Shown here: positions 59,204 through 64,000 of the stretch, one piece after another
Layout: each line of letters begins with the position of its first letter
Numbering within the stretch: the stretch's first letter is position 1
From: an uncultured delta proteobacterium
GTDB lineage: Bacteria; Desulfobacterota; Binatia; Binatales; Binataceae
Assembly (NCBI GenBank): GCA_963794325.1
Contig: CAWCDG010000004.1
Location: 1,184,001 to 1,248,000 of the forward strand
DNA: 64,000 bases
Direction of reading: 5' to 3'
Notes under the pieces: generated by a model
Databases searched by the model: none
The model's input: the letters and a program-made list of their open reading frames with translations, nothing else
What the model was told of the DNA's origin: nothing
Program-made: the position numbers and the translations under genes

Positions 59204-59947
59204 TCACCATTTTTCTCCGAACGGACGGATTTCCAGCTCGAAGGTCCACGCGTCGCGCGGCTGCTGATAGAGCTGCCAGTAAGTCTCGGCGACGGCGGCC
59301 GGCCTCATGAGGCGGGCTGGATCGAGGTTCTTCATCGCCTCGTCGCCTTCGCGTTCCCTGATTCGATCGCGCACCCATGCGGTATCGACGCCGGCGTCGA
59401 TTATGAGATGCGCGACGTGGATATTCTTCGGGCCGAGTTCGCGCGCTGCGCTTTGCGCAACCGCGCGCAAGCCGAATTTCGCAGCCGCGAAGGCGGCGTA
59501 TCCAACCCCGCCGCGCAAGCTAGCGGTCGCGCCCGTGAAGAAAATCGCGCCGCGACCGCGCGGCACCATCAGGCGCGCCGCCTCCCTGCCCGCGATGAAT
59601 CCCGAATAGCAGGCCATCTCCCACACCTTGCGGAAGACGCGGTCGGTAGTCTCGAGCAATGGAAAGTTGACGTTCGCGCCAATATTGAAGATGCACACTT
59701 CGAGCGGCGCGTGCTTGTCGGCGTCATTGAGAAAGGCGGTCAGATCATCTTCCTTGCGTGCGTCGAGCGAGCGCGCGGAGATTCTGCCGCCATTCGCTTC
59801 CACCTCGGCGACCAATGGAGCGAGCTTGTCGCCCTGGCGTCGTCCGGCGAAAACGGTGAAGCCTTCCGCCGCGAATTTCTTCGCGATTGAGCCGCCGATG
59901 TAGTCGCCAGCTCCGATCACTGCCGCAGTGGCATTTCTGCGTTCCAA
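59204..59947 (-). CDS. Atypical SDR (FxxxK)
   Basis: GAGDYIG, TGATASLRG, FAAAK, WTFELEIRPFGEKW. Confidence 0.88.
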   Translation of the reverse strand: MERRNATAAVIGAGDYIGGSIAKKFAAEGFTVFAGRRQGDKLAPLVAEVEANGGRISARSLDARKEDDLTAFLNDADKHAPLEVCIFNIGANVNFPLLETTDRVFRKVWEMACYSGFIAGREAARLMVPRGRGAIFFTGATASLRGGVGYAAFAAAKFGLRAVAQSAARELGPKNIHVAHLIIDAGVDTAWVRDRIREREGDEAMKNLDPARLMRPAAVAETYWQLYQQPRDAWTFELEIRPFGEKW

Positions 59948-59959
59948 GGGAATACCTCC

Positions 59960-60571
59960 TCACGTCGGGGAACGGCGAACGGCTCTGCGTGATGTGCTGC
60001 GCTTGATCACTCGCTTCGCCGTGCTCTTCAAGATCAAATCTGAAAGTTGCTCATCATTGACCGCACGCGCGAGAATCAGCGCACCGGCCATCGAAGCGAA
60101 GGTGGCGATCGCGTCTTCGTAGCGGCCATCCTTGCCGTCATCGGGCATCAGCCGCGACAGGAATTCGAGGTCGTCCTTTATCTCGGTCGTGAAAGCCTGG
60201 CGAACGCGACGCGGCTGCCGGGCGATGTCGGTACCAAGCGCGGCGAGCACGCACCCGGTGCCGGGCGCGTCGCGATGCGCGCGCGAGAGGTAACCGTCGA
60301 CGATCGCGGGGAGCGCCCGCATCCCGGGGTTGCGTTCCAACGCACGCTGCCAGACGCGCTTGCCGCGAGTCAGCGCGAAACGAATTGCCTCGGCCGCGAT
60401 AACTTCCTTGGAGCCGAACTGGCTGTAGAGCCCGCCGTGAGTGAGGCCGGCGTCTTTGGTGATCGCGTCAACGCCGGTCGCGGCGATGCCATGCTCGCGG
60501 AACAAACGCGCGGCCGAAGCCAGGATACGTTCGCGGTTCTGTGCGGCCTTCTGTTTAGAAACTCGCATCAA
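59960..60571 (-). CDS. TetR/AcrR-family regulator
   Basis: AGLTHGGLYSQFGSKE, YLSRAHRD, GCVLAAL. Confidence 0.92.
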   Translation of the reverse strand: MMRVSKQKAAQNRERILASAARLFREHGIAATGVDAITKDAGLTHGGLYSQFGSKEVIAAEAIRFALTRGKRVWQRALERNPGMRALPAIVDGYLSRAHRDAPGTGCVLAALGTDIARQPRRVRQAFTTEIKDDLEFLSRLMPDDGKDGRYEDAIATFASMAGALILARAVNDEQLSDLILKSTAKRVIKRSTSRRAVRRSPT

Positions 60572-60596
60572 TCTCTTCCAATTCGATTGTTGGTGC

Positions 60597-60629
60597 TTGA
60601 CTCATATGATTACGAGCGTCATTAATATG
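60597..60629. promoter_or_regulatory. Divergent promoter/operator region
   Basis: TTGACT followed by the imperfect palindrome ATATGATTACGAGCGTCATTAATAT. Confidence 0.4.
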
Positions 60630-60667
60630 CCAAACATGGCGGGCGTCATCAATAGGTGGTTTGAGCA

Positions 60668-61393
60668 ATGAGCGACTCGGTAAAATCGGACAAGGTGTGC
60701 GTCGTGGTCGGGGTCGGCGAAGGTCTTGGCGCTGCGCTGGCGGTGCGCTTCGCGGCGGGATACAAGGTTGCGCTGATCGCCAGGAGTCCCGAGGTTATCG
60801 AAAAAACCGCCGGCGAGATAAAGTCGGCTGGAGGTGTCGCGCTTCCAGTCCAGAGTGATGCAACAATCGAAGGGGAGATTGCGCAGGCTTACGATCGGAT
60901 CAAGCGCGAACTCGGGCCGGTCGAGATTCTAATATACAACGGCGGGCGGCGTCCGATGGGGCGGCTGATGGATACGACTCCCAAGGTATTCGAGGAGACG
61001 TGGAGACTGCATACCTTCGGCGCATTCCTGTGGGCGCGGCAGGTGGTGCCTGAGATGCTCTCGCGCGGCAGCGGCACGATTCTGATTACCGGCGCGACGG
61101 CGGGGGTCAGGCCGTGGCCGACCTCGGCGGGCTTTGCGCCGGCCAAGTTTGCGGTGCGAGGCCTGGCCGAAGTGATGTCGCGCGACCTGCATCCACAGGG
61201 AATCCACGTGGCATACGTGAACGTCGATGGCGGAATCGATATGCCGCTGCTCAGGAAGTTTCGGCCGGATTCGAAGGATGAAGACTTTCTCAAACCGCCG
61301 GCGATTGCCGACGCGTTCTGGTATTTGGCGCATCAGGATCGGAGTACGTGGAGTCACGAACTCGATATCAGGCCGTTCAAAGAAAAGTTCTAA
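60668..61393 (+). CDS. Atypical SDR (FxxxK)
   Basis: GVGEGLG, TGATAG, FAPAK, WSHELDIRPFKEKF. Confidence 0.88.
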   Translation: MSDSVKSDKVCVVVGVGEGLGAALAVRFAAGYKVALIARSPEVIEKTAGEIKSAGGVALPVQSDATIEGEIAQAYDRIKRELGPVEILIYNGGRRPMGRLMDTTPKVFEETWRLHTFGAFLWARQVVPEMLSRGSGTILITGATAGVRPWPTSAGFAPAKFAVRGLAEVMSRDLHPQGIHVAYVNVDGGIDMPLLRKFRPDSKDEDFLKPPAIADAFWYLAHQDRSTWSHELDIRPFKEKF

Positions 61394-61416
61394 GCAGAGG
61401 GCCGCGAACCAAGTCT

Positions 61417-62058
61417 ATGGCGAACGATCTAACTCTATGGGGAGTCGGGACCAGCCGCACGATGCGGCCTCATTGGATGCTGCTGGAATTAGGCCTGGAG
61501 TATGAGTTCCATGCGATAGGATCGCGGACCGGCGAGACGCGGACCGACGAGTTTATGCGCATCAATCCAAGGCATAAGATTCCAGTCCTTCGTCATGGGT
61601 CTTTTGTAGTGACCGAGAGCGCAGCGATTATCCAGTATCTTAGCGAAACCTTCACCGAGCCTGGATTGATAGCCGTACCGCGCGACGCTGAGACGCGGGC
61701 CGCGTTGAATGAGTGGTGCTATTTTATCGCGACGGAGCTGGATGCGGGCTCGCTCTATGTTATGCGACGCCATGTAGGTCTCGAGCACATCTATGGCGCG
61801 GCGCCGCAGGCGGTTGAAGCCGCCAGAAATTATTTCATGGAGAATGCGGAAGCGATGGCGCCGAGGATTGCGAAGTCGGGGCAATATCTTATGGGTGAGC
61901 AATTCAGTGTCGCCGATATCCTTTTGATGACATGCCTGGATTGGGCGGTTACGGACCGAATACCGTTGTCCGACACCTTGCATGCGTATCGCTCACGGGT
62001 AGCTAAACGGCCGGCCTATCATAAGGCGCTAGAGAGAAATTTTCCAGCAAGAGGTTAG
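61417..62058 (+). CDS. Glutathione S-transferase
   Basis: INPRHKIPVL, ESAAIIQYL, FSVADI. Confidence 0.9.
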   Translation: MANDLTLWGVGTSRTMRPHWMLLELGLEYEFHAIGSRTGETRTDEFMRINPRHKIPVLRHGSFVVTESAAIIQYLSETFTEPGLIAVPRDAETRAALNEWCYFIATELDAGSLYVMRRHVGLEHIYGAAPQAVEAARNYFMENAEAMAPRIAKSGQYLMGEQFSVADILLMTCLDWAVTDRIPLSDTLHAYRSRVAKRPAYHKALERNFPARG

Positions 62059-62080
62059 CCTCGGACTTAGGAGCGACGGT

Positions 62081-63292
62081 ATGCCGGGTGCAATGGAAGG
62101 AGTGAGAGTACTCGATCTGTCGACGATGGTCGCGGGGCCGGTCGCGGCGATGATGCTCGCCGATCAGGGCGCGGATGTTATCAAGGTCGAGTCACCGCGC
62201 GGCGATCTCATGCGTCACTTCAGCCGCGGGCGCAACGGGATGAACGCATCCTTTCTGTCCTGCAACCGCAACAAGCGTTCGGTAGCAGTCGATCTCAAGT
62301 CGGCGGATGGTCTCGAGATTCTGAAGAAACTGATTGCCACCGCACAAGTGTTAGTTCATAACTTTCGTCCCGGAATTGCCGAGCGCATGGGCCTTGGCGA
62401 AGAGGCGGTAAGAGCTATCCGTAGCGACATCGTATATGTGTCGATAACCGGATACGGAACCAAGGGCCCGTATGCCAAGCAGCGCGCCTATGATCCGGTG
62501 ATCCAGGCTATGTCGGGGTTGGCGGATGTTCAGCGCGACCGCGACACCGGGCGGCCCAGGATGGTAAGAACCATCATTGCCGACTACACGACCGCCTTGA
62601 CCGCAGCTCAAGCGATCACAGCCGCACTTTTCGCGCGCGAGCGGACGGGAGTCGGACAGCACGTGCAGCTATCGATGCTGGACTCGATGATTTCCTACAT
62701 GTGGCCTGAGGCGATGCCGAGTCTGACCTTTGTCGGCAATGAGACCGATCCCTCAGACGGAGAGTTAGGCCCCGATCTCGTATTCGCGACGCAGGACCGA
62801 TATATCACGGCGGCGGCGCTGTCCGACGACGAATGGGCCGGAATGTGCCGGGCGCTCAATCGGGAGGAGCTGATCGACGATCCGCGCTTCAAGACGGCGC
62901 GCGATCGATCGATCAACGCGGTTGAGCGGCGCACGATAACCTCGAGCGAGTTGGAGAAGTGGCGGGCCGACGAAATCCTGCCGCGGCTGCTGGCCAACGA
63001 TGTTCCGTGCGCGCCGGTCCGCAGCCGTTTTGAATTGCTGCAGGACGAGCAGGTGCGCGAGAACCACATCCTGGAAGAGTTTGAGACCAAGGAATTCGGG
63101 AAAGTGCGGATGCCGCGGGCGGCGGCCCGATTCGATCGCACGCCGGCGACGGTTCGCACGATGGCGCCCGTTCTAGGAGCCGACAATGCGAGCATCCTGG
63201 CGGAACTCGGCTACGGCGCAGACGACATCAAGGGGCTGGGAAACGCTGGTGTCCTAAACAACCAATCGAAGAAGGAATCCGCTGGTGGATAA
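62081..63292 (+). CDS. Class III CoA-transferase (CaiB/BaiF)
   Basis: VLDLS..VAGP, GADVIKVE, NRNKRS, NFRPG, AYDPVIQAMSG. Confidence 0.93.
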   Translation: MPGAMEGVRVLDLSTMVAGPVAAMMLADQGADVIKVESPRGDLMRHFSRGRNGMNASFLSCNRNKRSVAVDLKSADGLEILKKLIATAQVLVHNFRPGIAERMGLGEEAVRAIRSDIVYVSITGYGTKGPYAKQRAYDPVIQAMSGLADVQRDRDTGRPRMVRTIIADYTTALTAAQAITAALFARERTGVGQHVQLSMLDSMISYMWPEAMPSLTFVGNETDPSDGELGPDLVFATQDRYITAAALSDDEWAGMCRALNREELIDDPRFKTARDRSINAVERRTITSSELEKWRADEILPRLLANDVPCAPVRSRFELLQDEQVRENHILEEFETKEFGKVRMPRAAARFDRTPATVRTMAPVLGADNASILAELGYGADDIKGLGNAGVLNNQSKKESAGG

Positions 63293-63992
63293 GAAGAATC
63301 CAGTTGCAATCGTGACCGGGGTGGGTCCGGGGACAGGCGCGGCGATCGCGCGCCGCTTTGCGCAAGGCGGATACTCGGTTGCGATGCTCGCGCGCAACCG
63401 CGATCGTCTCGATTCGCTGCAGCGAGAGATTCCGAACTCGCACGCGTATCAATGCGATGTCACCGATGAAGCGCAGATCGACAAGACTCTTGATGCGATA
63501 CGCGCCAAACTCGGCGCGCCCAAGGTGTTGGTCCACAATGCGGTAGGCGGCGCCTTCGGGAATTTTTTGGAAATCGATCCCAAAGTCCTGAATCAGAACT
63601 TTCAGGTGAATACGATGGCGCTGCTGTATCTGGCGCGACGGCTCGCACCCGCAATGGTCGCCGCGGGAGAAGGCGCCATTATAGCCAGCGGGAATACCTC
63701 TGCGCTTCGCGGCAAGGCCAGCTTTGCCGGGTTCGCGCCGACCAAGGCCGCGCAGCGCATTCTTGCAGAGTCGATAGCTCGCGAGCTGGGACCTAAGGGT
63801 GTGCATGTCGCCTACGTCCTGATCGATGCGGTTATCGACCTTGAGTGGACGCGCAAGCGTTTTGCTGGCGCGCCCGACGATTTCTTTATCAAGCCGAGTG
63901 CTATAGCTGATGAAGTCTGGCATGTGGCGCATCAGGAGCGGTGCGCATGGTCGTTTAATGTAGAGATACGGCCGTTTCGGGAGACTTGGTGA
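63285..63992 (+). CDS. Atypical SDR (FxxxK)
   Basis: GVGPGTG, SGNTSALRG, FAPTK, WSFNVEIRPFRETW. Confidence 0.88.
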   Translation: MDKKNPVAIVTGVGPGTGAAIARRFAQGGYSVAMLARNRDRLDSLQREIPNSHAYQCDVTDEAQIDKTLDAIRAKLGAPKVLVHNAVGGAFGNFLEIDPKVLNQNFQVNTMALLYLARRLAPAMVAAGEGAIIASGNTSALRGKASFAGFAPTKAAQRILAESIARELGPKGVHVAYVLIDAVIDLEWTRKRFAGAPDDFFIKPSAIADEVWHVAHQERCAWSFNVEIRPFRETW

Positions 63993-64000
63993 GTGGTAGG

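Overview
A GC-rich bacterial chromosomal segment. The gene repertoire (bactofilin-atpF'FHAGDC without atpBE, many SDR/LLM/Rieske/P450 genes) looks like a deltaproteobacterial-grade soil organism such as Binatia; this is inference. Housekeeping genes include rpsU, miaB, the atp operon, aroA, glnE, tpx, and a B12-riboswitch btuB with cobU/cobS/cobT/bluB, interspersed with catabolic clusters and at least four families of palindromic REP-like repeats. The most striking locus (46.3-51.7 kb) has three tandem paralogous secreted collagen-like proteins with near-equal Gly-X-Y stalks (30/27/29 triplets), followed by a secreted di-heme bCcP/MauG-type enzyme with an inserted beta domain. It is a candidate heterotrimeric (C1q-like) bacterial collagen with its own oxidative maturation enzyme. 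Other highlights: a stand-alone UxxC selenoprotein split by the ORF track, a Fur-boxed cupredoxin/cytochrome c/porin operon, a 6S-like RNA, an AT-rich HEPN-motif gene, a repeat-bracketed P450, and a decayed insert between 15-bp direct repeats. Several small frameshifts may be assembly errors. All calls are from reading the sequence; no database searches were run.
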